A DNA stretch of 63,382 nucleotides, counting the filler, from Octopus bimaculoides (taxonomy: Eukaryota): assembly GCF_001194135.2 (NCBI RefSeq). It is 7 parts of 7 records of this genome, joined end to end, with 100 filler letters (N's around TTAATTAATTAA, not from the genome) between each part and the next. Parts side by side here need not be neighbours in the genome. Positions count along the whole stretch, not along the records: positions 19,583 to 30,355 come from NW_026434551.1; positions 30,456 to 43,059 come from NC_068983.1; 5 more parts are not named here. One strand, written 5' to 3'. How positions within the stretch are numbered: position 1 is the first letter of the stretch; every line of letters starts with the position of its first letter. The position numbers and the translations under genes are program-made. Under the pieces are notes generated by a model that had not been told where the DNA came from, did no database searches, and saw only the letters and a program-made list of their open reading frames with translations. Shown piece by piece: positions 26,398 to 38,832 of this stretch.

Positions 26398-27315
26398 ATT
26401 TTTTTACAACACTATACCAGCCAGTCTATTAATTAACTAACCCAGTGTATTAATTAACATTTAGAATGTATTTCTTGATGTATAAACTGAACGAACTGGT
26501 TTGAAACCGATCTCATCCATTAAAAACTGTAAGTTGACATGAAACGATAAATAATGTAATAAAATGTTGAAGAATTCAGTAAAAATGACTAATTTCTAAT
26601 GTTCCTGAGTAGATTTTTGAGTTTCTGAAATTGTTGTGTCTGTAGAATAATCAGTTAAAAGTTAAAATTTAAATATGATCAAATTACAATGGCCTTCATT
26701 TTCTTTAATAAAATGAGTCGAAGAAAACACTACATAAAATAAAATATTCTAAGTACTACACACAGACACACACGCAAAATATAATACTACATCTAATGAA
26801 TGATTTCAAATACTGTTCTTACATACTATACATACATACTATTGTATCTGGGCCGGGGGGAGTCATTCTGTTTTAATGCCTTATTAATTAACACGCTCAC
26901 CGGTTCGATTTCCACTCATTTATTTATTCATTTTTTTCTATACAAAATACAAAAAACGAAATACACACACACGCACACATATATATACGAGTGAATAGAC
27001 AAGCGAAATAAGAGCACTCAACACATTAACTCATGTATGGATCAAAACAATTTGATTAAAATTCGTTGGTTTGTTTATAAAAATATTATTTATACCAAGA
27101 CAGTTTAAGCATATATGAAGTAAATATGACTGAAATTGATGGGTGAGCGTTTGGCCAATCAGATTCGCAAGGAGCCATGAATGCGTCGATTCGTGAGTTC
27201 GATTCAGCATGAGGTTAGCTCATCATTTTTCTGTTATTTGTTTATATCTAAAATTGTTGCTTTAAATCAGAGAATAAATATCGTTATAATATAAGTTACA
27301 TACAGTTATTATACA

Positions 27316-27359
<44 letters not shown>

Positions 27360-27924
27360 CTAAGGCATTGCAGGTTCCAATGAAGCTACAATATGTTACA
27401 CAGGCACTTAACTTTGAGTCGATCGTATCTTATAACAAAAACAGCCGTAAGCTAATGAGGTTCCTAAGATAATCGTTATTCGCTGTGTCGTCGTCTCATT
27501 TTCTTTTATATATATAACGTAGAGGTGCATATTTACTCGCAATGCGTCAAAGTTGGTTCAGAACGCAAAATATACTAATTGCTGTTGTGTAAGTCAAAGA
27601 AGAAAAATGTCTCTCTTCTATGACGCTAGTGTGTTCAGCAGACTCGGCTCATTGGAGCGGAGGATTCTGGGACACAGGCATTTCGACATGCTGTGTTTCG
27701 TGAACCAGGAGTACCTCGAACATTTTAGTTTCGCCAAGTAGCAGCCTTTTGCTTATAATTCCCGCGAATAAACTGTTTGTTGATCGGTGATTATATCTGC
27801 TAAGCGACTCAACAATAAATACGCAAATATATGCCGCACACACAGACCCCCGACACACACACCCAGCCACACCCACACCCACCCACACACCCACACACAT
27901 ATACACACATGCACAAACACACAC

Positions 27925-28070
27925 ATGACAGGCTTCTCTTAGTTTCCGTCAACAAATCCACTAACAAGACTTTGGTCGACCCGAAGACATTTCCTCATAG
28001 TGCCATACAGTGGGACTGAACTCGGAACCATTTGGTTGGGAAGCAAACTTCATACCACACAGCAGCGCCT
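27925..28070 (-). mobile_element. SINE family B 5' half
   Basis: GACAGGCTTCTCTTAGTTTCCGTC..AAATCCAC..GTGGGACTGAACTCGGAACC. Confidence 0.8.
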
Positions 28071-29194
28071 ATACATACACTATCGTCTATACTATATAAT
28101 AGCGAAAGCTGGAATTATATAACATTCACTAAAAGAAGGCAGTTATTAAAGTCTGTTACGTTTAGTTTTGTAAAAACAAAAAAGCTTATTTATAAACATT
28201 TACCTAACTTTACATTGCATGTGTGTGTATGCGGGCGTGTGTGTGTGTGTGTTTGTATGCGCGCGTGTGTGTGTGTGTGTCTGTGTGTGTGTGTGTGATA
28301 CTCCATTAGCAAGATTATTCAAGAAATTAAATTTACAAAATGTCTGACATAACTGCACGTAGCAATCAGCAGCTATTATAAGATTAGCATAAATAATAAA
28401 AAAGAAAAGATTGTGTAAATGTCACAAGAATGAAAAAGAAAGAAGCAACATAACTTCCCCCCGCCTTTAGTCTTATCAAAACAATATGGATGACTGACAA
28501 CATTAAATAAATAAATATATAAAAAAATAAAATGAACTAATGATAAAGATATGACAAAGTTAAAATGGAAGAAACCATACTGCTGTGATTGTTTAAGAAA
28601 ATGAGATCATATCAACTTCCGGTAGCAAGGCATGCAGACGACATTATTGAAATCAGAACAAGCGTGGCTGGAAGCATAACTTTAACGGAAATGAAAAGGT
28701 GAGTGAGTTTTCAGATTTTCAAATTGGCTATTTTCAAGTATTGAAATAATATGTCATAATCTGTATATTGTAACGAAAATTTAATGAATTAATACTCGAT
28801 TATTTCGATGAATATAATATTAATTGATAATAATACCGCAGTAGATATATATAAACGACAATAAACAGCTCTAAGAAATTTCAACATCGTAGTAATTTTC
28901 GTTGCATATTTTTACAGTTATTTTCATATCTTTTACATAAACATACATGTTTATCTTGCATATGTTCGCCAACGTAAATGCGAACATAAAATGCCTCGTG
29001 CACACACACACACACGAACACGCACACACATACATACAGGCACATAGACACATGCACACACGTACACGTACGCACATACATGCATAAGCAGTGCCCCAGC
29101 ATGGCCTCAGTCTCTGGCTGAAACCCGTAAAAAAGATAAAAAAAGAAAAGATAAAAGCTATATACAATAACTAGAAATATATTTGTTTATGTAT

Positions 29195-29587
29195 CGGTGA
29201 CGACGGTGACGACGGTGACGACGGTGACGACGGTGACGACGTCGAGGGTTCCAGCTGATCCGATCAATGGAACAGCCTGCTCGTGAAGTTAACGTGCAAG
29301 TGGCTGAGCACTCCACAGACACGTGTACCCTTAACGTAGTTTTGGGGGAGATTCAGCGTGACACTGTGTGACAAGGCTGGCCCTTTGAAATACAGGTACA
29401 ACAGAAACAGGAAGAAAGAGTGAGAGAAAGTGTAGAGGAGGGTTCGACACCACCGCCTGCCGGAGCCTCGTGGAGCTTTCAGTGTTTTCGCTCAATAAAC
29501 AGTCACAACGCCCGGTCTGGAAATCGGAACGGCGATCCCACGACCGTGAGTCCGCTGCTCTAACCACTGGGCCATTGCGCTTCCACA
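29195..29587 (-). mobile_element. tRNA-derived SINE family E with a tandem 9-bp 3' tail
   Basis: Minus head GTGGAAGCGCAATGGCCCAGTGGTTAG. GTGGCTGAGCACTCCACAG domain shared with the fragment at ~15165-15330. (CGGTGACGA)x5 at 29195-29239. Confidence 0.85.
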
Positions 29588-29750
29588 TTTACCCAAATAT
29601 GTGTAAATGTTATTAAGTGACCGTGATAGGGAAAATGCTTTAATCAAAACTGATTGATTTTAAGATACAATAATCGATAAAAGAAAAGATTATTCAAGGG
29701 ATTCTAACAAATGGAATCGATTACCATACTTGGAGACCATTGAAGATGGT

Positions 29751-29771
29751 GGGTTAGGGTTAGGGTTAGGG
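29751..29771 (+). repeat. Interstitial telomeric-type repeat (GGGTTA)3GGG
   Basis: Direct inspection. Confidence 0.9.
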
Positions 29772-29985
29772 TCAGTAATAAAGTGAAAGAGAGAAACACG
29801 AAATTCTCGTTTCTCATTCCTTGTAAAAAATCGCGTTTTTCTGTTCGTTTTCTCTTCACATAAATACACACACGCACACACACAGACACACACATACAAA
29901 CACATGCACACACTTATACATACATCTCAATGCATGTGTATATATATATATGTATATATATACAAACACGCACATATCTATACAT

Positions 29986-30297
29986 CAAAGGCGTAGCCAG
30001 GTTCTAAAGTTAGTGGAGGAGAGAGCACATATAAAAAAGGCGTCGTGGCACATACCAAACAGTTTTAACTCATTTCTCTTATATTACACGAAATATTTCA
30101 TTAGTTATAATATACGTAATTTTATTCTACATTCATTAATTTCCTGTTTCACTAACAATGTAATTTTGTATGAAAGTTACAGTCATTGATATACGTAAGT
30201 AATGAGTTTTTAAAAATTGTTGAAAAGGCATCAATTTTAAAAAATGTGTTTGTGGGAGAGTGGTCGCTCGCCTTGCTCTCCTATTAGCTACGACACT
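29986..30297. mobile_element. hAT-like MITE, older
   Basis: TIRs CAAAGGCGTAGCCA / TAGCTACGACACTG. Degenerate 8-bp TSD CTATACAT / CAATACGT (6 of 8). Confidence 0.6.
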
Positions 30298-30455
30298 GCA
30301 ATACGTACATATATACATATATATATATACATACATACATATATATATATATATANNNNNNNNNNNNNNNNNNNNNNNNNNNNNNNNNNNNNNNNNNNNT
30401 TAATTAATTAANNNNNNNNNNNNNNNNNNNNNNNNNNNNNNNNNNNNNNNNNNNN

Positions 30456-30500
<45 letters not shown>

Positions 30501-32232
30501 TACATATTCACAAATACACTCATATATGAATATATATAAAAAGTTGCATAACTATATCTGTGCACAAGAATATACATGCAGTCAACCAAGCATATATACA
30601 TGCATATTTATATATATTTTTTATAAATAATAACAATAAAAATAAAAATAAAAATACATATATATACAAAAATGTATACAAACACATCTAGTTTCATACA
30701 AAAACATGAATATATATACACACCCACACCCACAGATACACGTGTATATATTAACACTTATACACGTACAATCGCACACACATATATATTTTTTATGTAT
30801 TTCTTGTTACATGTATTTATATAGAGACTCATATGCAATTTAATACACTCCCTAGTACGTATGAATTACTGTTGATGTGTGGTAATTATTAATAAAGTAG
30901 AGGGATATTTATCTGAAGGTAATTCATATATTAGTGAATGAGATGTTAAATGATTGAAAATTAATTAATGAATAAAAGAATAATAAAGTTAATGGGTTGT
31001 CTATTAATCTACATGAAATGATTACTTTATTATTATATGTAAGAAAAGTTGGACTGAATTAGGGGTTGAAAGAGTAAATATTGCTTAAGAAGACAAAGTT
31101 ACTACAGTAATTCCGTAACATATTTATTAGTGTAAAAGTTTTATTGAGATTTGAAAATCACAATATATTATGTTGATCAGTAAATTATTCATCAAATAAT
31201 GAGATATTAAAATGATTGGGATATATCTTGTTACAAGAATAAATACTTAAACTATGATTGATAAAAATTAAGGATGTTTCTAGGAACATTGAAATGATGA
31301 ATTAGGATCGTAGATTTAGAAAACTCTCACTAAGAAAGCCAGGAACATAAATAACTCTTATTATTGCTAAACAAATTGGTGAATAAATTGGAAGTCGTAA
31401 ATTAATGATATTGAGGTACAATGAAATATGGAAAAGAAGAAGTAAGGTTAATAAAGCATTGCATATTATGTAATTGTTGTGGGTAAATTTTACTATGAAT
31501 TAAACCAAAAATAATGCGCTATTTTATGTTCAAAGATTTTATATGTGTTCTAATTTAGGTTAACAAATAAAGAATGTTTAGATAAATTATGTCAATCGTA
31601 ATCAATCTATGATATCTTCTAACANNNNNNNNNNNNNNNNNNNNNNNNNNNNNNNNNNNNNNNNNNNNNNNNNNNNNNNNNNNNNNNNNNNNNNNNNNNN
31701 NNNNNNNNNNNNNNNNNNNNNNNNNNNNNNNNNNNNNNNNNNNNNNNNNNNNNNNNNNNNNNNNNNNNNNNNNNNNNNNNNNNNNNNNNNNNNNNNNNNN
31801 NNNNNNNNNNNNNNNNNNNNNNNNNNNNNNNNNNNNNNNNNNNNNNNNNNNNNNNNNNNNNNNNNNNNNNNNNNNNNNNNNNNNNNNNNNNNNNNNNNNN
31901 NNNNNNNNNNNNNNNNNNNNNNNNNNNNNNNNNNNNNNNNNNNNNNNNNNNNNNNNNNNNNNNNNNNNNNNNNNNNNNNNNNNNNNNNNNNNNNNNNNNN
32001 NNNNNNNNNNNNNNNNNNNNNNNNNNNNNNNNNNNNNNNNNNNNNNNNNNNNNNNNNNNNNNNNNNNNNNNNNNNNNNNNNNNNNNNNNNNNNNNNNNNN
32101 NNNNNNNNNNNNNNNNNNNNNNNNNNNNNNNNNNNNNNNNNNNNNNNNNNNNNNNNNNNNNNNNNNNNNNNNNNNNNNNNNNNNNNNNNNNNNNNNNNNN
32201 NNNNNNNNNNNNNNNNNNNNNNNNNNNNNNNN

Positions 32233-32263
<31 letters not shown>

Positions 32264-32374
32264 TTATTTATTTATTTATGCGTTTCAGCCAAGTGGCTGT
32301 GGTCATGCTGGAGCACCACCGTGACTTTCCTTCTTTATGCTCTGCTCTCTTCACGTTCCTTGCATGGCTCTTCT

Positions 32375-32550
32375 CCTGCACCTGATATAATCCAAAACTG
32401 TGTCTCATTTCGAGCCATTGGTTCGTCTGGTATCGTGGAGAGGAAAGCATAGAGTTTTGTTTTGAAGACCTCCACATCTGTGTCTTGCAGGTCTCTCAAA
32501 TGTATTAATACATGCATGAGAGACCGATTGTTGAAACTGGCACCTGTATG
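32375..32550 (-). mobile_element. CR1-like LINE ORF2 3' fragment
   Basis: LRDLQDTDVEVFKTKLYAFLSTIPDEP. Confidence 0.75.
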
Positions 32551-33730
32551 TACCCATGCATGGGTTGATATATAATATTTATTATAATAGACTGGGTATA
32601 TAGGCATGTGCATACTTGAGTGTATGGATGTTGTAAGTGAGTGTGCATACGTGTATGTGAGTGTACCTAGGTGTATATGTATATACATATATTTATATGA
32701 ATGTGTGTATAAGCATGTATATGTATGGTGAATTTTTGTGTGTATGAATGCATGAGCAAATTGTAGTATTTTGTAAGTATTTTAATAATTAATTTTAAAT
32801 TGTAATTATTAATTCAATTAGTTGATATTTACTTTTACTTATTTAATTGAGCACTAGGCTGACTGATTTATAGATTGTTTAGCCAATTAGCTGTGAAATT
32901 AGCTGTCTGGTGGGCTAGTCAGCTCACTGATTAGATGCACTGAATGGTCGACCAACAGTCTCCAATTTAGGCCACTGACTCTAGTTATTACCTCCCCTTA
33001 GCCATAAATATTTCCCTAATTTTCCTACGGAATATATTCTTTTCGTTGTTTTTATTAATTTCACATTCCTATCTAAAAAAAAAAAAACAACTTTTGGACC
33101 CCCCCCCCTCCAGCCGTCTTATTTCCTAAATATCTGAATAGATTTCTCTCTTAACATTTATTCCATAATATTTATCTTTTAAATCTAGTATATACTATCC
33201 TAAGCGTTTTAGGGCTCCTTACAACCTACACCATTTTCCCAAACAAAAGACCGGCTATTGAGACCATATAACGGTCTCAATAGCCAGTCTTTTGTTTTTA
33301 AATTTCAACTGACCAATTATATCGAACGTTAGACCTTGACCTATCTCACTTCGTACAACAGGTAGAAGGGCTTAACCAACTACTAGTAAAGGAAAAATTA
33401 CATTTAATCAATTAGCACTTTATAATGATAAATACAATTAATTAGTACTATAAACATAATTTTTAAAAAATATTATGATTAATTTAAAACCTTAATGCAA
33501 CTTCACACCTTCTCCGACTAAAACCTATTGGCGTATCCCACTATTATTTTTATTTTATTATTTATCCAACCTACCCTCCCCCCGTACAAAGGATTAACCC
33601 ACCAATTACTATTTTAAGTTTAGTCATTTACTTAAAATCCCAAGGAGATACACAAGCAAAATGGTATGATTACAACCATATTCAACTTTTCGTTTTTCTT
33701 CTCTAGGCTCTTCTGTTTTTTATTTATTCT

Positions 33731-34105
33731 TCACTCTGACGAAGCTCCAGGCTTCAGATTGGTTTTATTACCAAATATGATAAATATTTTTAGCATATCA
33801 ATGGCAATACTATACAACAGTGGAAACAGAAACAGCTGTTAGATGGAATGCAGTCTATTTGTATTGAATTAATAAATAATAATTAATGTATGTCAATTGT
33901 TGTTCATCAATATTTTTCCATTTTCTGTTTTCTTTAAATTTTGATTCTTGATAAACTCATGTTTAACCTTGTCTTTACCTATAATTTATGAACATAATAT
34001 GCTTGCATGTGTATGCCTATGGTTAAACATAGGTAATATACCGGTAGCATAATGGATACTTCAATCCCTTAGACGGTTATTTTAACCTCTCACTCAGCTA
34101 ACTTA
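33731..34105 (+). mobile_element. Penelope-like terminal repeat, family 3, with a hammerhead-like motif at 33731-33846
   Basis: CUGACGA-A, then an ~85-nt stem II region, then GAA-ACAGCUGU-U|AGAUGG (palindromic stem III). AATAAA follows. The 3' part is homologous to 37537-37712. Confidence 0.5.
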
Positions 34106-34126
34106 TACATAAATACACACACACAT

Positions 34127-34157
<31 letters not shown>

Positions 34158-34779
34158 ATTCATAATATAGGCATTAACTATAGTATATTGTGTTATGACA
34201 CCTGTCACTGGTGGCTACAGTAAACATTACTTGTTCAAAACCATTCATATTCTGCCAATTTATTTCCGTTTCTTAGTTTACTAGTTCCAACCAATGGGTT
34301 GTGACCTCGGGCTGAATTTCAAAGCGTGATTTGCTAGAAAGAACAGTCAAGTCTTTCTCAAATTATATCCCTCCTTGAATGATATTACTATGCTGATTTA
34401 CCTGCACGTCGAGAAAATATCTTGGTTGTAACCGGACTACATTCGAGCAGAGGTTTGCTCATTCATGACTTATTTAGAGTAAGCAACAGCCACAGCAGCA
34501 ACAATAGAAACAACAACAACAGCAGCAGCAACAATATCAACTGTAACTACAACAAACAAAAGAGGGATTAAAATAAATGTGTCTTGGTTTAGATTTACAG
34601 ATCTTTACGCGAAATGTTCTTTACACGTCTCAAATCGACAACAAACAAGCAGAGTGGCTGAAATCGATCAAATTCTCCCTGAAAATTTGTAGTTCTGTTA
34701 GAAATCAATATACATTAAATAATTTTCTGGAGCTTGAAGCGATTCAACATCACTACACTAAGAAGACTAACATCCATCC

Positions 34780-34985
34780 ATATTTGTGATCAGGTTCTGC
34801 AATATCTCAAGGTTCAAAAGCCCACAGATCTTCAATGCCCTGCTACAAAAATTAAGAAACCTACACCATGTGGATGTAAATGTCTTCAAAAACGAACAGA
34901 TGAGGGCAGCGGTGTCAAACTCCCTCATACACCAAATGAGCCAACAACCAGAACAAAGGAACATACAGGAGTGGTGATGTGAAAT
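34780..34985 (+). mobile_element. CR1-like LINE ORF2 3' fragment
   Basis: RFCNISRFKSPQIFNALLQKLRNLHHVDVNVFKN. Confidence 0.7.
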
Positions 34986-37048
34986 CCTACCCCACTGAAA
35001 AATCACGGTGGTGATCCAGTATGACCGCATCTGCAAGGCAGAAACAACGCACAGAAGATAAAAGAATATATATATTTAAATCTTTTACTTCTTTAATTCA
35101 TTAGATTACATCCATACTGGGGCACTGCCTTGAAAAGTCTTGTCGAATAAATCGAACCTAGTGCTTACTTTTTGAGTTTCCGTTTGCCAAATCCACTTAC
35201 AAGTCTTTGGTAGGTGCGTATCTATAGTAGAAGACATTTGTCCAATCTGCCAGGCAGGGAGAGACGGGCTTTCATAAAGTTTCCATCTACCAAATTCACT
35301 CACAAGACATTGGTCGACACTGGGCAATAGTTAAAATCAATTGCCTACAATGTCCCACAGTAGGTCTTACATACCAGTTAAGCGTTGGAGTGCACTTATT
35401 CACTAACCGCTTCATAATGAAAAAGAAAAAAAAAAAAAATTGTGGTCTTGAGTATAAATCAGGAGAAGTTATTAATAAAATATTAAAATGTAAGCGGCGA
35501 GCTGAGAGAAACGTTAGCGCCGCCTTGGAAAAAATGCTTAACGACATTTCTTCAGCTTTTATGTTCTGAGTTCAAATTCCATCAAGATCGACTTATCCTT
35601 TCGAGATCAGTAGAAAAAGTACCAGCTTAGTGCTGGACATCGATATAATTGACTTAGCCACTCTCTCCAATAAGATACTAAGATCTAAGGGAAATAGCCA
35701 TCACACTACACGGACGATATCAAGAGACATCAGCAATATCTTCACAGGGAGCAATCATGACCACCGCCACCACTAACTAATGTTAAAACAAACATGTAGT
35801 AATGGTAGAAGGCAGCAAAATATTAGAATCGTTTGCACGTCCGACAAAATGCCTACTGGTACTTTTTGCACCAAGGTTCACCTTTCACTTTCATCAATTG
35901 GTTCCATAAAACAAGTAATAGTTGAGCAATAGGGTCAATTTATTCGACTTTCCCTGCCCCTCAGATTTCGTTTACGAAATTCGTTCCTGAAATTCAATAG
36001 AAGGGATGCGAATTCATACAAGGATGTGCAATGAGCGGAAGCTGGGTAACAACTGATGCTCTTCCGCTGGCCCTCCCCCCAGTTTGTCGCCAGTCATATT
36101 TTGCTGGCTTGCGTGTTCGTCACTCGAGACGAGACGTTTTGTATTCGAAAAGTTGTTCGGAAACCGAACTACCGCTGTGTTTGTAGTGATGGTGATGGCG
36201 GCGACGGGGTGCTGGACGTAAAACGTGACCTGACTTCTGATATGACGATGACCAAGATGCTATAGTCAAAGCTGTAACATCATTCGATCATGGGTCTGTA
36301 GCAGTCAGTATTGACCCATGAATAACCAACAACAATACCAACAGCCTCCTACACACTGGTTACCTCTCAATCAAAAACACTCTGATCCTATCCATCGTAT
36401 CGCCATCTTCTACATTTTATGGTCTACAAAAGTAAGGGTTAACTTTACAGTTCCCATCAGTTTCTTATTAAAAGACATTTCGTCGACATCACCGCCGCTG
36501 ACACTATCACTACTATCGTCATCTTCGTCGGTAACACCACCACCGCCGCCTCTACAGTGTCCGTCGCTGCGGCCGCGCCACTAACTTCTCTGCTCCCAAC
36601 GACGACTTTCCTCACTGCTTCACATCCCTATAACCTCCAACCTCTCACTGTTGCCACTACTGCCATCGTTATCGTCGTCATAGTGATAATCAGCATCGAT
36701 TTACCATCTTACGCTATTGTATTCTTCGGTGCAATATACGGCAATACAGGGAGGTTTATGGAGGAAGAAACCGATTTCGTGACTCTCAAAGCTTCAAACG
36801 AACAAGGGAGATTACTCATGTACAGCAAAATAAGGGAAACAACTCATTATAATGCAAATATACGGAAACTTGGTGAAAATGAATTGATAAATAGGCTTTA
36901 TAAAGGGCAATACACACACACACACACACACGTGTACAACTACACTCAAGCCTTCTTTCTCACGCACGAGCAGGTGTGTTTGTGTATGTATATATAAATA
37001 CATATACAACATATACGTATATATCTGTATATCTGATTGTACGTGTAC

Positions 37049-37082
<34 letters not shown>

Positions 37083-37167
37083 TTCATGTTGAGAACAATT
37101 TAGGTCTTATTAGACACAAGATGTGATCTATTTCTAGCACATTGAATGTCCACGTTAGTGGTCAACG

Positions 37168-37198
<31 letters not shown>

Positions 37199-37536
37199 NN
37201 NNNNNNNNNNNNNNNNNNNNNNNNNNNNNNNNNNNNNNNNNNNNNNNNNNNNNNNNNNNNNNNNNNNNNNNNNNNNNNNNNNNNNNNNNNNNNNNNNNNN
37301 NNNNNNNNNNNNNNNNNNNNNNNNNNNNNNNNNNNNNNNNNNNNNNNNNNNNNNNNNNNNNNNNNNNNNNNNNNNNNNNNNNNNNNNNNNNNNNNNNNNN
37401 NNNNNNNNNNNNNNNNNNNNNNNNNNNNNNNNNNNNNNNNNNNNNNNNNNNNNNNNNNNNNNNNNNNNNNNNNNNNNNNNNNNNNNNNNNNNNNNNNNNN
37501 NNNNNNNNNNNNNNNNNNNNNNNNNNNNNNNNNNNC

Positions 37537-37712
37537 TGCTTATTTAAACTCGATTCCTGATAAACTTTTGTTTATTCTGTTATTACCTGTACCCCATGAG
37601 CATAGTGTGCTTGCACACCCATGCCCAGGGTTAACATAGGTAAATGATACCGGTAGTAAGAACGGATATTCTTATCCCGAAGACGATTTTTCCAACCGCT
37701 AACTCTGCTTAT
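37537..37712 (+). repeat. Second copy of the 3' part of the family 3 terminal repeat
   Basis: Aligns by eye to ~33930-34105 (GATTCyTGATAAAC, TGCTTGCA, AACATAGGTAA, ATACCGGTAG). Its 5' part lies in the N gap. Confidence 0.7.
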
Positions 37713-37732
37713 ATATATATATATATATATAT

Positions 37733-37925
37733 ATAATGGGAGAATTTACGAAAAAAACAACAAACGAGGACAGGTGGTGTAAACAACAAAAGGATGTATT
37801 AGTTTAACGCTCAGGAATAGAGAAAGTCTTTAACGTTTCGAACTACGTTCTTCAACAGAAAGAATAAGGAGAAAACAAGGAGAAAAACATTTTGAATGTC
37901 GTGGTCAGCGATCTATCATGGCGAT
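37733..37925 (-). mobile_element. Penelope-like terminal repeat, family 2, with a hammerhead-like motif at 37827-37863
   Basis: Minus strand UCUUU-CUGUUGA-A-GAAC(GUA)GUUC-GAA-A-CG-U-U|AAAGA. Its 3' end abuts (TA)n. Confidence 0.65.
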
Positions 37926-38059
37926 TCGTTTCAAATTTTGTCACAAGGTCAGCAGGTTCGAGGGTAAGTCGATTACGTTGGTTCCAGTGTTCGACTGGCA
38001 GGTTATTTTATCACAAAATGCCTCCAAGCACTATGCCCAGCGTGCCTATGATTCTGCCA

Positions 38060-38230
38060 GCTCGTATATATATGACGGGCTTCTTTCAGTTTTTGTCTAC
38101 CAAGTTCACTCCACAAGGCTTGGTCGGTCCAATGCTTTACTAGAAGAAAACAGTTGCTCAAGGTTCCACGTAGCGGGACTGAATCCCGAACCAAGTTCTT
38201 GTGAAGCAAACTTCTCACCACACAGCCACA
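38060..38230 (-). mobile_element. SINE family B 5' half
   Basis: GACGGGCTTCTTTCAGTTT..GGGACTGAATCCCGAACC. Confidence 0.8.
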
Positions 38231-38440
38231 CGCACACATACATACATGCATGCATACACACGCATACATATATATATGTACATACATACACACGCATGCA
38301 CACACACACAAATATATAGAGCGCTTGAAGGATATGTATTTTTGGTTCACTTACTGTTGGTATGAGTATTTCTCATCCGTTTCAATTAAGTAGCACCGTC
38401 CCGCGATGTTACTTTCTGCATTCATTCAGCTGCTCTAATA

Positions 38441-38832
38441 TTCTTTTTTACTAAACACTCAAAGCCTACCAAATTTTGTAGGGTAGGGGGCTAGTCGATT
38501 ACATCGACCCAGCTTTTCGCTGGTACTTTATTGACCCCGAAAGGATAAAAGGCAAAGTCGACCTCGGCGGAATTTGAACTCGGAACGTGCTAACGATTCT
38601 GCCAGCTCGCCACCTCCGCTGCTCTAATAATATTTTCTACTATTGGCACAATGCCTGACATTTTGGGGGAGGGCGCCAGTCGATTACATCGACCCCAGTG
38701 CTTAACTGGAACTTAACCTATAAGACCCCAAAAGAATGAAAGGTAAAGTCGACCCCGGCGACATTTGAACTCGGACCGTGACGACAGGCGAAATGCCGCC
38801 AAGCATTTCGCCCGTCCTGATCGCCGCCTCGA
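38441..38832 (-). mobile_element. Two SINE family A copies (38441-38617, 38632-38832)
   Basis: Family consensus. Target motif CTCTAATA occurs three times around and between them. Confidence 0.9.

Noticed and set aside
30780-31624. Mitochondrial insertion (NUMT)
   Set aside because: Translation with the invertebrate mitochondrial code still has TAA stops and resembles no ND, COX, ATP or CYTB protein I know.
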